DNA of 64,000 nt from an uncultured Fibrobacterota bacterium (GCA_963753345.1 CAVWBU010000024.1:96001-160000), one strand, 5' to 3'; positions 28,812 through 39,129 are shown, counted from the stretch's first letter. Notes: generated by a model not told the origin, from the sequence alone. Translations and numbers: made by a program.

Positions 28812-31205
28812 CTACTTCTTGTCTATCTGCTGGAGTTCTTTTTTCTTCTTTTCGATTTCCTCGTTGATCTTATCCTCTTTCTTCTTCTGGTCCTCAATCT
28901 GCCGCACCTGACCGCCCGACTTCAGCAGGCTCGTCGCCTTCGCTATCGCATATTCCGCGTCCGATATCACCTGGTCCTTCCGCATGAAAAACTTCTTGTG
29001 CGACTGCGCCAGCAACGTATAGTTGAAAAAGTCCCGGTTCTCCTTTGCAAACTTGTCGTACTCCGACTTGAACGCTCCGCGCTCCTCGATCGACTTGTCC
29101 GTCGGCTTCCGCAGCGCGTTCTTCTTCACCTTCTCCGCCGTCGGCGCAAACTCGGAAGTCGTCTGACCAAACTTCTGCGTTCGTGCCTGAAGGTCCGCCT
29201 CCGTCACGTACTTCACCGTCTTCGTCATGTCCAGGCATTTCTCCAGCGCATCTATCGCATCCTGATACTTCTTCTGCAGCATCAGCCCGTACCCCTTCAG
29301 CAAATACGCCTCCGGCACCAGCGGCGATTCCGGGTGCGCCGCGATCAGCCGATCCACCGTCTGCAAACACACCGCAGGCTGGTTCACCTTGATCCACGAC
29401 CACGCCGTCCCCAACAGCGCCTCGTCCCCGTAGCTCGACCCCTCCGGCACCCGCTTGTACGCCTCCACCGCGTTCCGCAGCTCCACCTGCTCGTAATACG
29501 CATGTCCAAGCTTCACGTTCGCCGCGTCCTGCAACAGCTGCGTCGCAGGATCCTGCGTCGTGTCCGCTATGATGCTCTTCAGGTTCCCTACCGCCGCCTC
29601 CATCTTCTTGTTCTCGATGTTGATGATCGCCAGCGTGTACTGCCCGTACAAATACGACGGCGACCCCGCCTTGATCCGGCTCAACAGCTGCTCCGCAGCA
29701 TTGTAGTTCTTCCGCAAAAAGTGTATCTCACCAGCCACATAGTCCGCGTCGGGACGTATGTCGCTCTCCCCGTACAAATTCGTTATAAACGCGTGGTTCT
29801 TCAGTGCGTCCTCGTATTTCCCCTCACGGTAGTCGATCGTCTCAAGACCATACAGGTACTTCGACCGCATGTCCGACGTCGTGTATTCCTCCAGCGCGCT
29901 CTTGAACACCGCCCGCGCCGTCTCGTTCATGTACAATCGCTTGTAGCTGTCTCCCATGTAATACGCAGCCTTGTCGTTCAAATAAAAGTTCGGGTACAAC
30001 GACACCACCTTCCCGAACGCAAATGCCGCCTCCCAGTATTTCCCCGCCAGATACAGCCGCATCGCCTCGTTGTACGCGTCCATCGGCGCCAATATCAGCT
30101 GATCGTACAGCCGCTTCGACTCCCGCTGCTCACGCGTCGGACCAAAATCCGTCGACAACCGGTGCATCATCGTCAGCCCCCGCTCGTCCTCCTGGCCCGC
30201 TATCGGCAGCGCGTACCCTATGTGAACATCGTAGTTCAGGTAGTTGATCATCTCCGGCAACGGATATATAAAATTGAAATTGAACCCAACGTACGGTATG
30301 TTGTTGTTCGCCCAACCCGCCTTCAACCACACCTGCGGTATAAACTGCCACTTCACATGCGCGCTCAGCCGAAACGCCTTCTTCAACTCATACGCCTTCG
30401 TCACGTCCGGCGTCGCGTTCGTCCACACCGTGTCCGCCTTCAATATCCCCGCATACAAATCTGACAGCGCGTTGTCCACCACCCCCTCAAAATCAATCAC
30501 CAGCTTGTCGTTCAACCCCGAGTACCTCACCCCGGCGCGAACCCGCGTCACCCCCACCTGATCCAGCGTCGCTCCCGTGTCGTGCCATATCGGTATCGAT
30601 GGCACCACGTCCTGCAAGTTAAGGCTGAAACCAAGGTCCCCGTAACGAAAATGATCCATCGGATTGACGTACACCCCGAGGTCCAATCCCACCGCAAGCT
30701 GCTGGCTCATCCCAAACTTGCTCTCATAACGCAACTTCGCGTTCGCCCCAGCGATAAACCACGGCAATATCCGCCACGAATAATGCCCCACAAACCAGTT
30801 GTCCCCAAAATTCGCCTCGCCAAGGTCACGAATCGTGTTCGTCGCATCATTAAAGTCGATCGTCGTCCGGTCGATCGTCGATCCCGTACCTATCCACGAC
30901 AACCCGATCGTGTGATTCAACCGGATCGGCACCAAAAACGACATCTCCTGGTACCCCAGCGGCGTCGTCGATCCTGCCTCGTCCATCTCCCACCGGTAAA
31001 AACCACCCTCCAACCGATACTGGTTCACTCGGTACAACAACGCCGGGTTCACCAGACCCGACGAAAAATCGCTCAAATCCTCAATGAAATCCGCCTGGAA
31101 AAACGGCGCGTCGTAACCACCCGTCTGACCCTGCGCTCTCCCGCAGTATGTCAGCATCATCCCCACACACACCATCCACAGCATCCTCGTTATCTTCGTT
31201 TCCAC
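28812..31205 (-). CDS. Outer-membrane beta-barrel-like (PorV/UPF0164-like) domain fused to TPR repeats
   Basis: Signal peptide, NPALL, and aromatic amphipathic strands ending HRLSTDFG. Many TPRs follow (AAYYMGDSY, ADYVAGEIHF, ALLGTAWSW, AYLLKGYGL), then a coiled-coil end. Confidence 0.7.
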   Translation of the reverse strand: METKITRMLWMVCVGMMLTYCGRAQGQTGGYDAPFFQADFIEDLSDFSSGLVNPALLYRVNQYRLEGGFYRWEMDEAGSTTPLGYQEMSFLVPIRLNHTIGLSWIGTGSTIDRTTIDFNDATNTIRDLGEANFGDNWFVGHYSWRILPWFIAGANAKLRYESKFGMSQQLAVGLDLGVYVNPMDHFRYGDLGFSLNLQDVVPSIPIWHDTGATLDQVGVTRVRAGVRYSGLNDKLVIDFEGVVDNALSDLYAGILKADTVWTNATPDVTKAYELKKAFRLSAHVKWQFIPQVWLKAGWANNNIPYVGFNFNFIYPLPEMINYLNYDVHIGYALPIAGQEDERGLTMMHRLSTDFGPTREQRESKRLYDQLILAPMDAYNEAMRLYLAGKYWEAAFAFGKVVSLYPNFYLNDKAAYYMGDSYKRLYMNETARAVFKSALEEYTTSDMRSKYLYGLETIDYREGKYEDALKNHAFITNLYGESDIRPDADYVAGEIHFLRKNYNAAEQLLSRIKAGSPSYLYGQYTLAIINIENKKMEAAVGNLKSIIADTTQDPATQLLQDAANVKLGHAYYEQVELRNAVEAYKRVPEGSSYGDEALLGTAWSWIKVNQPAVCLQTVDRLIAAHPESPLVPEAYLLKGYGLMLQKKYQDAIDALEKCLDMTKTVKYVTEADLQARTQKFGQTTSEFAPTAEKVKKNALRKPTDKSIEERGAFKSEYDKFAKENRDFFNYTLLAQSHKKFFMRKDQVISDAEYAIAKATSLLKSGGQVRQIEDQKKKEDKINEEIEKKKKELQQIDKK

Positions 31206-31562
31206 AGCCTACCTCGCATGTCTTTGTTCGGTTGAAACCATGAAACCGGGCGCTTCCCGGCTGACCCGGTATGAATAGTCGTGTCTTGGTTGAAAAAGGT
31301 TCAATCAAACATCAATCCGGATTTCCTGACGCAGCGGAATCTCGTTCGCCGATACCGGCGCCAAGCCGTCATCGGTTCCGTATCGCGGTATCACATGGCG
31401 TCAGGGGGCTGTCGCCATATCAATGCCGACATCGGCAAAAAAGTTTGACGGGTTTTCAGTCGAATGTATATTATTATGCAAAGTCGGCTCCCACGAAAGG
31501 GCTGAACAAATACCACCAAACAAAAATGCGCGACCGCGCTGAAAAAGAAGAGAACCCTTCCT

Positions 31563-33914
31563 ATGGCAAAAAAAACCGCAAGAAAACCGCTCCCCGGCAG
31601 GAAAACGAAAGCATCCTCCTCGGTCGCTGCTGTTGCCCCGGAACAAAAAACAGCGGAAGATGCTCTGCATTTCAGGGTTGAATTTGAAAAACTCATCACC
31701 TCCATTTCCACCAATTTTATCAACCTTGCACCGGAGCAGATCGACAACGGCGTTACCGTGGCGCTCGGGCTGCTGGGAGAATTCACCAAAACCGACAGAA
31801 GTTATGTTCTCTTGTTTGACAAGAGCGGCGAGAACCTGGAGCGCACACATGAATGGTGCGCCATCGGCATTGAATCGCAGAGCGAGCAGTACCGCACCAT
31901 GAGCGCTTCGGCGCTTCCCTGGCTCGTAGGAAAACTCCGGATGCAGCAGACGGCCTACTTTACCGACGTTGACGATTTGCCTTCCGAAGCAAAGGCGGAA
32001 AAAAAGGCATTCAAGGAACAAAAGGTCCGTTCGCTTATCAATGTGCCGGTGGTATACGGAGGTTCGCTCCGTGGCGTCATCGGCCTTGAGTCGGTGCTTT
32101 CGAATAAATCCTGGTCCCGCGACACCGCAACCCTGTTAAAGATGGCGGGGGAAATATTCTCGAGCGCACTCGAACGCAAGCGGGTGGAAGAGGAGCTTGC
32201 CTACGAGCGCGACCTGCTCCACACCCTCATGGATAACCTTCCCGACACCATCTATTTCAAGGACACCGAGAGCCGCTTCACCCGCATCAACAAGGCGCAG
32301 GCAAAGACTCTGGGCATACAGAACCCCGTGGCTGCAATTGGAAAAACGGACTTCGACTTCTTCGTTCACGACCATGCGCGCATCGCCTTTGCCGAAGAGC
32401 AGGAAATCATGAAATCGGGAAAGTCGCTTATTAACAAAATAGAAAAAGTGAGCCGGCCCGACGGCAACTTCACGTGGTTCACCGCCACAAAGGTGCCCAT
32501 ATTCGACAAGAACAACAACATCGTCGGCACCGTGGGCGTCTCACGCGACATCACCACCATGAAGAATTTTGAAGACGAGTTGCAGAAAGCGAAAAACGAA
32601 CTTGAGATCCGCGTCGCGGAGCGCACCGCCGATCTCAAGAAGGCAAACGAACGGCTTGAGACGCGTATCGCGCAGCTTGACTTTCTCAATTCAACGTCGT
32701 TTGAACTTGCGCAGCTTATCCAGATCGACGAGCTTCTTCCGGCCATTCTCAGGACGTTTGCCGCAAGGTTTCCCCATTCGCAGGCCAGCATCTGCAAAGC
32801 GAAGAAAGGCTCGTTCAAGTGCACCCACGCTACGGGCGAGCTTAATACCGACCCCGGCCGTGAGGCCTCGGAGCAGGCGCTCTCCGTTTTCATGCGCACC
32901 GAGCTTCAGCGGACCATTGTCGTTGAAAACTGGATGCAGGACCCGCGCCTTTCGCAGTACAAATGGCCCGAGCTTTCGGAACTGCCCTGCTACACCGCGA
33001 TTCCGCTTCTTGCCGACAACAAATGCCTTGCCGTGGTGCAGATCTTCACCACCCCGGAATACGTGGACGTGTACGAACAGGAACAAACCCTGCTCACGAC
33101 GCTTGCGGCGCACGCTGCGTCCTGCCTGAGCAATGCCCTCCACTATCAGGATCTCGGCGAAAAGGCAAGACTCGACGGAGAGCTCGACGCCGCCAGGAGC
33201 ATCCAGCGCAGGTTCACACCCCAGTACAAGCCGCAGATCCCGCATGTCAATCTCAAGGGCGTCTACTATCCCGCGTACGAGGTGGGCGGCGATTACCTCG
33301 ACTACTTTAAAACAGAGGCGGGAGACTGGGTTGTGGTGATTTCCGACGTGTGCGGGAAAGGCATCCCCGCAGCGCTCCTGATGACCATGCTGCGCTCAAC
33401 CTTTAGAGTGGAGGGGCGCAATGAAACGTCGGCCAAGCGCCTCCTGTGCGCGGTCAACGACTTTATGACCCTCAACCTCGACGACCGCTCGTTCGTCACC
33501 GCGTTGTGCCTTATCATCAAGCATGACGGAACGTCCATGAGCTACGCGCGCGCAGGCCATCCCATGCTGCTCAAGTTGAGCCCGAACAACGAGCCGCCGC
33601 TGCCCATAACCAGCAACGGCCTTGCCCTCGGGCTTGTTTCCGACGGCGCAAAATTCACCGCGATGATGGACGAAGTGACGGTGGACCTCAAGAAGGGCGA
33701 CAGGTTCCTTATCTACACCGACGGCTTGATAGATGCGAACAATCCGGAGCGCAATTCGTACGGCGTCCAGCGCCTCAACGAGGTGCTCGCGCGAGACAAG
33801 GATTCGGATGCCGACTCCATGATCTCATTGCTCATGGACGACATTAAGAAGTTCACGCGCGGTGCGCCGTACCACGACGACCTCACCATTCTGGCGCTCC
33901 AGGTGACGGATTAA
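31563..33914 (+). CDS. SpoIIE/RsbU-type PP2C phosphatase with GAF-PAS-GAF input
   Basis: GAF (THEWCAIG), PAS (PDTIYFKD...VGTVGVSRDIT) and a second GAF. PP2C motifs EVGGDYLD, SDVCGKGIPAA, YTDGL and DDLT. Confidence 0.9.
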   Translation: MAKKTARKPLPGRKTKASSSVAAVAPEQKTAEDALHFRVEFEKLITSISTNFINLAPEQIDNGVTVALGLLGEFTKTDRSYVLLFDKSGENLERTHEWCAIGIESQSEQYRTMSASALPWLVGKLRMQQTAYFTDVDDLPSEAKAEKKAFKEQKVRSLINVPVVYGGSLRGVIGLESVLSNKSWSRDTATLLKMAGEIFSSALERKRVEEELAYERDLLHTLMDNLPDTIYFKDTESRFTRINKAQAKTLGIQNPVAAIGKTDFDFFVHDHARIAFAEEQEIMKSGKSLINKIEKVSRPDGNFTWFTATKVPIFDKNNNIVGTVGVSRDITTMKNFEDELQKAKNELEIRVAERTADLKKANERLETRIAQLDFLNSTSFELAQLIQIDELLPAILRTFAARFPHSQASICKAKKGSFKCTHATGELNTDPGREASEQALSVFMRTELQRTIVVENWMQDPRLSQYKWPELSELPCYTAIPLLADNKCLAVVQIFTTPEYVDVYEQEQTLLTTLAAHAASCLSNALHYQDLGEKARLDGELDAARSIQRRFTPQYKPQIPHVNLKGVYYPAYEVGGDYLDYFKTEAGDWVVVISDVCGKGIPAALLMTMLRSTFRVEGRNETSAKRLLCAVNDFMTLNLDDRSFVTALCLIIKHDGTSMSYARAGHPMLLKLSPNNEPPLPITSNGLALGLVSDGAKFTAMMDEVTVDLKKGDRFLIYTDGLIDANNPERNSYGVQRLNEVLARDKDSDADSMISLLMDDIKKFTRGAPYHDDLTILALQVTD

Positions 33915-34046
33915 AGGCGTCTTTCCCGGTCTTTGGATCAGATGATTGCTGCGGGAGTGATTTCCGAAGGGAATGTCATGACGCCGGAGGCGTCTTTGGA
34001 TCCTGCCGGATAAGCAGGATCGACACTATCGGAATCTCATCTCAGC

Positions 34047-34103
34047 AAGAAAGCACCCCTTCCATCTGCAACGCTCATTGCATTTGTGCAGAGGGAGGGG
34101 TAC
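34047..34103 (-). terminator. Probable terminator between convergent genes
   Basis: CCCCTTCCATCTGCA...TGCAGAGGGAGGGG imperfect hairpin preceded by AAGAAA on +. Confidence 0.45.
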
Positions 34104-34141
34104 TGACAACTCGAAGAGTGAGGGGACAATTTTCGAACGGA

Positions 34142-34336
34142 TTATCTCTTCTTCTGAATGGGCGGTCTGTTCTGAACCGGCGGCTTGGGTTTGCCTGCCT
34201 TCTCCTTGGCTATTTCGGCCATAATTTCCTTTTCCGCCTTCACCCAGTCGTCAAAATGATGGCCCGGCTGGGCTCCGCGATGCAGGAAAAGCTCATAAGC
34301 ACGTTTTTCGATCCTGTTCTTGAGTGCTGCGTCCAT
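34142..34336 (-). CDS. DUF2934 family small protein
   Basis: IEKRAYELFLHRG...DDWVKAEKEI. RBS AAAGGAGG. Confidence 0.8.
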   Translation of the reverse strand: MDAALKNRIEKRAYELFLHRGAQPGHHFDDWVKAEKEIMAEIAKEKAGKPKPPVQNRPPIQKKR

Positions 34337-34709
34337 GAATCCTCCTTTGTTATGGGTTCAAAGTGATAAATTTGCTTCATGTGAGGTGTGCAGTTCAATT
34401 TAACAAGTTAAATAAGTATAATTCTTTCGGAATGAAAGGTCAACAGGTAATCTTTCAAATCCAAATCAAGCTCTATGGCCTGAATAAAATTCCTCAAGAT
34501 TCAGCCGAAGCTAGGGCGGCAACTCCCAAGCCTGCTTATGTATCCTTTTTGTTCGTAGCCTGGCATGTTTTTGCACATCCTCAGGCAGTTGCTTCTCCGA
34601 AAGCACGTCCCCCCAAATATTCCAATAAAGTATTTTAGGAAACGTCCAAAAGCGGCCCCAGACCAAAACGTCTGCCCGCGTCCCAACCACTTACCGGAAG
34701 GATTGCGCA

Positions 34710-36227
34710 ATGGCACAAGAAACAGTTATCACAAGATTCACCCTCAAGGGAAGGGAAATTCTCTCCTCGTACGCCAATTTCACCATGGAAGGGGTGATGA
34801 CCGCCCGTGTTTCGCGGGGAAAAGACGCCTGGACCATCGAAGAGAGGAACGGCATTGCCAAAGGAACCTCGGATGGTGAAAACGAGGCGATTTACATTCC
34901 GAACGACAAGGCGATTGAGTCGATCCGGAAGAACATCGTACCGCTGTTGCCCAAGAAGGTTGTTGTAAAGACGCCGCTCGACATCATCAAGGCATGCGAG
35001 GAATTCGACCTGAAGCTTGTGAAAGGCGCAGGCCCCAATAAGAAGATCTGGGGCGGAAACGCGTGCCTCGCGTCGTCGACGGTGTTTTTTCAGACCCTGC
35101 TCAAGGCATCGGGGTTCAAGGCCTGGCAGGTGCTGGCGCCAAAAGGATTAAAGACATTTTACATGCCCAACATCGCGTTTAATATGGTATGCGGCGGCGA
35201 GCATGTTCCCGGCACAAAGCAGGACATTCAGGAGATGTTCTTCTTCGCCATGAAGGAGAAGTCGATCAAAGATGTATTCGCCACGGGCACAAAGTTCTTC
35301 CGCCAGTTCGAAAAGAACCTCGTGCGGGACGGGTTGCCCACGGGAACGGCAAAGGAGCGGGGGTTTGTCTTTCCTGTCAAAGACAACTTTGAAGGCCTGA
35401 ATCGCATCAAGGAATGCGCGGGCCAGCTCGGGCTTGCCGAAACAGACTGGGCCATAGGCACGGACAACGCATTCTCGGAAATCCAGAAGGGCGAGGAGCT
35501 GCGACAGAAAGGGCTGTACGACATGCGGTTCAGCGGGCTTGGCATCAAGACGCGAGAGGAGCTTATCGAATTCGATTACTCCGTGGTAAAAAGCGCAGAC
35601 AACTTCGTTAATATGGAAGACCCGGGCTCCGAAATCGACATTGCCGCCCACAAGCTCATGAATGAAAAATACGGCGACCGCGTGCAGATCGTGATTGACG
35701 ATGCGGCAGTGACCCAGTTGCGCTTCATTATTCCGTTCCTTGCGGCGAGGGACCGGAAGGACCGGGCGGGAAACTCGGTGCTCATCAAACTGAACCAGGC
35801 CGGGACATTCACCGAAACCTGCCTGGCAACTGAAGTTGTTCTGGGAATCGCAGACCCGAAACGCGTGGAACGTTTTCTTGTCGCGCGCAACGACGTGGAG
35901 GTCGTGCTCGGAGAACTCGCAAAGGTGGGCGTGTCGTCGCTCGATGAGGCCGTTGCAAACATCAAGGGGGGCGGCTTCTCCGCGTTCTTCTCGCACAGGT
36001 CAACGGAGGGGTCGTCGGAATTCCTTCCCTACATGCCCCTGCTGTACGGATCGGTATGCCGGCGGTTGTGGCTCAAGGCCGGGGCGCCCAACGGCGAGCG
36101 TAACCTCCAGAACTACAATCCGCTCATCCGGGCCGAAGAGGAAATGCGGGATGCAGGCATAAAGACGGTGGTGGCGGGTTTCGAAGGTCTGCCCAAGGGA
36201 GTTGTTATTCCCGCGGTGACAGGCTAG
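34710..36227 (+). CDS. Highly divergent enolase (phosphopyruvate hydratase) family protein
   Basis: Enolase landmarks in order: GGNA, GGEH, DIQE, KERG (for GDEGG), TDNAFSE, MEDP, IDD, NSVLIKLNQAGTFTET, SHRS, LKAG and YNPLIRAEE. Confidence 0.8.
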   Translation: MAQETVITRFTLKGREILSSYANFTMEGVMTARVSRGKDAWTIEERNGIAKGTSDGENEAIYIPNDKAIESIRKNIVPLLPKKVVVKTPLDIIKACEEFDLKLVKGAGPNKKIWGGNACLASSTVFFQTLLKASGFKAWQVLAPKGLKTFYMPNIAFNMVCGGEHVPGTKQDIQEMFFFAMKEKSIKDVFATGTKFFRQFEKNLVRDGLPTGTAKERGFVFPVKDNFEGLNRIKECAGQLGLAETDWAIGTDNAFSEIQKGEELRQKGLYDMRFSGLGIKTREELIEFDYSVVKSADNFVNMEDPGSEIDIAAHKLMNEKYGDRVQIVIDDAAVTQLRFIIPFLAARDRKDRAGNSVLIKLNQAGTFTETCLATEVVLGIADPKRVERFLVARNDVEVVLGELAKVGVSSLDEAVANIKGGGFSAFFSHRSTEGSSEFLPYMPLLYGSVCRRLWLKAGAPNGERNLQNYNPLIRAEEEMRDAGIKTVVAGFEGLPKGVVIPAVTG

Positions 36228-36250
36228 GCTCTCCAAAAACCTTTGCGGTA

Positions 36251-36282
36251 GAAGGGAGGGCCGCGGCCCTCCCTTCTTTTTT
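36251..36282 (+). terminator. Rho-independent terminator
   Basis: GAAGGGAGGGC-cgcg-GCCCTCCCTTC followed by TTTTTT. Confidence 0.85.
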
Positions 36283-36366
36283 ATTCATGCAGTAACGTAT
36301 TTTATACGTTAGTTTTTCAAAGGGCGCGTCTGTGGGCGCCGGGAAACTTTACGCAAGGAGAACGGG

Positions 36367-37482
36367 ATGATCAACGTCGGATTCGTAGGATGGCGCGGAA
36401 TGGTCGGGTCGGTGCTCATGGACCGCATGATTGCCGAAGGGGATTTCAAAGGATTCGAGCCGGTGTTTTTCACCACGAGCAACGTGGGCGGCGCCGGGCC
36501 GTCGATAGGTCTTGACATTCCGCCCCTTGCCGACGCTCGGGACCTCGCCGCCCTCTCGGCCATGGACATCATTGTCACCTGTCAAGGCGGCGACTACACC
36601 AACGACGTGTATCCGAAACTGAGGGGACAGGGATTCAAAGGATATTGGATCGATGCGGCGTCGGCCCTTCGCATGAAGGACGACAGCATCATCGTTCTGG
36701 ACCCCGTCAACCTTAAGGTGATCAAAAAGGGACTCCGGGCAGGCATCAGGGACTTTATCGGCGGCAATTGCACCGTGAGCCTCATGCTCATGGCGCTTTC
36801 GGGTCTGTTTAAAGCCAGACTGGTTGAATGGATTTCGACCATGACCTATCAGGCCGCATCCGGCGCCGGCGCAAAGAACATGATCGAGCTCGTGAGGCAG
36901 ATGGCGCACCTTTCGGGCGCGGCGCGGCCGCTGCTTGACAACCCGGCGGCCAGCGCGCTTGAATACGACGCGCTCATTACGGGCGAACTGCGCTCCGGAA
37001 AAATGCCCGTCGAGAATTTCGGCGCGCCGCTTGCGGCAAGCCTTATCCCGTGGATCGACAGGCCCATGGAAAACGGCCAGACCAGAGAGGAATGGAAAGG
37101 GTGCGCCGAGACCAACAAGATCCTCGGCACAAAAAGGACCATTCCGGTCGACGGCATCTGCGCGCGCGTAAGCGCGATGCGCTGCCACAGCCAGGGGCTG
37201 ACCATCAAACTGAAAAAAGACGTTCCGCTTGACGAAGTGGAAGCAATGATCGCATCGGCGCACGAGTGGGTTTCGGTCGTTCCCAACGCCAAGGAAGCGA
37301 CCCTTGCGCAGCTTTCACCGGCCGCGGTATCCGGGAAACTCATTGTTCCCATCGGTCGATTGCGCAAGATGAACATAGGCCCGAAATTCCTGACTGCGTT
37401 TACCGTTGGCGATCAATTGCTGTGGGGCGCGGCGGAGCCTATACGCAGGATCCTCAAAATCGTGCTCAAGCATGTCAAGTAA
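36367..37482 (+). CDS. asd: Aspartate-semialdehyde dehydrogenase (proteobacterial type)
   Basis: [53 protein letters not shown] and [11 protein letters not shown]. Confidence 0.97.
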   Translation: MINVGFVGWRGMVGSVLMDRMIAEGDFKGFEPVFFTTSNVGGAGPSIGLDIPPLADARDLAALSAMDIIVTCQGGDYTNDVYPKLRGQGFKGYWIDAASALRMKDDSIIVLDPVNLKVIKKGLRAGIRDFIGGNCTVSLMLMALSGLFKARLVEWISTMTYQAASGAGAKNMIELVRQMAHLSGAARPLLDNPAASALEYDALITGELRSGKMPVENFGAPLAASLIPWIDRPMENGQTREEWKGCAETNKILGTKRTIPVDGICARVSAMRCHSQGLTIKLKKDVPLDEVEAMIASAHEWVSVVPNAKEATLAQLSPAAVSGKLIVPIGRLRKMNIGPKFLTAFTVGDQLLWGAAEPIRRILKIVLKHVK

Positions 37483-37501
37483 GCTGCACTTGAAATGCGG
37501 A

Positions 37502-37537
37502 GAAAAGGGAGAACGCGGTTCTCCCTTTTTCGTTTTT
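37502..37537 (+). terminator. Rho-independent (possibly bidirectional) terminator
   Basis: AAAAGGGAGAAC-gcg-GTTCTCCCTTTT followed by T-rich sequence. Confidence 0.85.
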
Positions 37538-37691
37538 GTTACGAGGCCACTCCGGTTTGTGTTTAATTCGGTTGATATTTTACCCTTTTGAAGGTATCTT
37601 ACCCATAGACGCATCCTGAACAAGGTCGGCGGATCATACGCGCCGTTCTCCGCGTCCGGTCCTTTCCTAAGGTTAACAGTGAGGAGGCCCC

Positions 37692-38772
37692 ATGAGTTCG
37701 CACACGTCCAGAATCATCCTCTTGTCGGGCATGCTGAGCATCCTGAGCCTTCTGGTCGGCTGCAGCCTTGACCGGTGCCAGATCATCTCGCACCCGTCCA
37801 CGGCAAAGCCGGGTGACACGATTTCCGTTTTGTTCAGCGACATCTATATCGTTATTTCCAACACGCCTACCCTGTCGGGGACGTTCGCCCGCGACAGCCT
37901 GCATGCGGGATACGGCCTGCCCTCCGGATGGTCCGTGCTCTCGTCCGACTATTACATTGCAACCGGCATCCGGATGAGCCAGATGGCCTCGCTCGTGAGC
38001 AACCCCTCCCAGATCATGACGCTGATTCAGGACTCGCTTGCCGTGTACACGGCACGGAAATCGCCCATGACCGCAGACAACGGCTGGAGCGCCTTCTTTA
38101 CAGGGAAGACGTTCGAGGCGCATAACGCCGCGAACACCGACTCGATTCGGGTGGTCGCCAGCACCATCGGCCAATGGACGGCGTACAGCAGCAAAATCAG
38201 CCTTTCCATTCCTTCGGGAACCAAAATGGACACCGGCGTGGCGCTGACGGCTTTACCCATCAGTTCCACGATTCAGGCTGAGATAAAAGCGCTGTATAAA
38301 ACGGATTCCATCTGGGTCAAGGCGATTCCCATCGTTTGTTTTGCCAGCATCATCGCGGGCCAGACCGTCGGCACGGACACGCTTCTTTATTACACCAAGA
38401 CCGACTCCATTTCCACGTCAACCTCCGCCTACAATTTTGACAAAGGCGATATGACCTACGCGCCAATCAACATCAATCCGAACAACGCGGTGCAGCTCCT
38501 GCCCGCTCTGCGTAATGCCCGACCCCTGCTTTCCATTAGCGCGGAACCATGCCGCCACGACGCGCATCGAGGTGGGCGGCCTGGGAGACGGAATCGTTTC
38601 CATCTGCGATATGGCGGGAAAAACGATACGGACATTCGATGCGCCGCACAATGCCGCGATCATCTGGGACCGGACGACGTCCTCCGGCGCGAGGATCGGA
38701 ACCGGCACCTTTGTGGTCCGTTATGAATCCCGAAGCGCCATCGCGGCCCAGACATTGCAAATTGTCAAGTAG
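37692..38772 (+). CDS. Secreted lipoprotein with C-terminal FlgD-Ig/T9SS-CTD-like domain; apparent frameshift near 38540-38550
   Basis: RBS GAGGAGG, lipobox LLVGC and a Ser/Thr-rich body. Domain VSICDMAGKTIRTF...IIWDRTTSSGARIGTGTFVVR lies in the adjacent frame (ORF 38515-38772). Confidence 0.65.
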
Positions 38773-38922
38773 GACTTGGTTGACAAACAAAAGTCGTGAG
38801 GCGCACGAAAAATAGCGGGGGCCTCTTTTTGCGAAGCATCCGCAACCGAACAGGCATGTATGCTAAGGCTGTAGAAACAGGGCGATTAATCGGCCGGCAA
38901 TCACACTCAAAGGAGGTCTTGT

Positions 38923-39129
38923 ATGGCGCTCGATCAAAGAATTCCCGGCAAACCGAGCAGTGTCCAGAAAGCCGGTCCTTCCATGGGTCTTGACAAATTC
39001 AAAGCTGAAATTGAGAAGCGAGCCAAGGAAATCTTTCTCAAGCGCCAGATTTCCAAAGCTTCGGGGGATGCGCTTTCCGATTGGCTTCTTGCGGAAAAAG
39101 AAATAAAGGCGAAATATCATATCGTCTGA
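38923..39129 (+). CDS. DUF2934 family small protein
   Basis: EIEKRAKEIFLKR...GDALSDWLLAEKEI. RBS AAAGGAGG. Confidence 0.75.
   Translation: MALDQRIPGKPSSVQKAGPSMGLDKFKAEIEKRAKEIFLKRQISKASGDALSDWLLAEKEIKAKYHIV

Noticed and set aside
34561-34575. TGGCATGTTTTTGCA as a sigma54 promoter for the enolase-like gene
   Set aside because: Spacing is GG-N9-GC, not the required N10.
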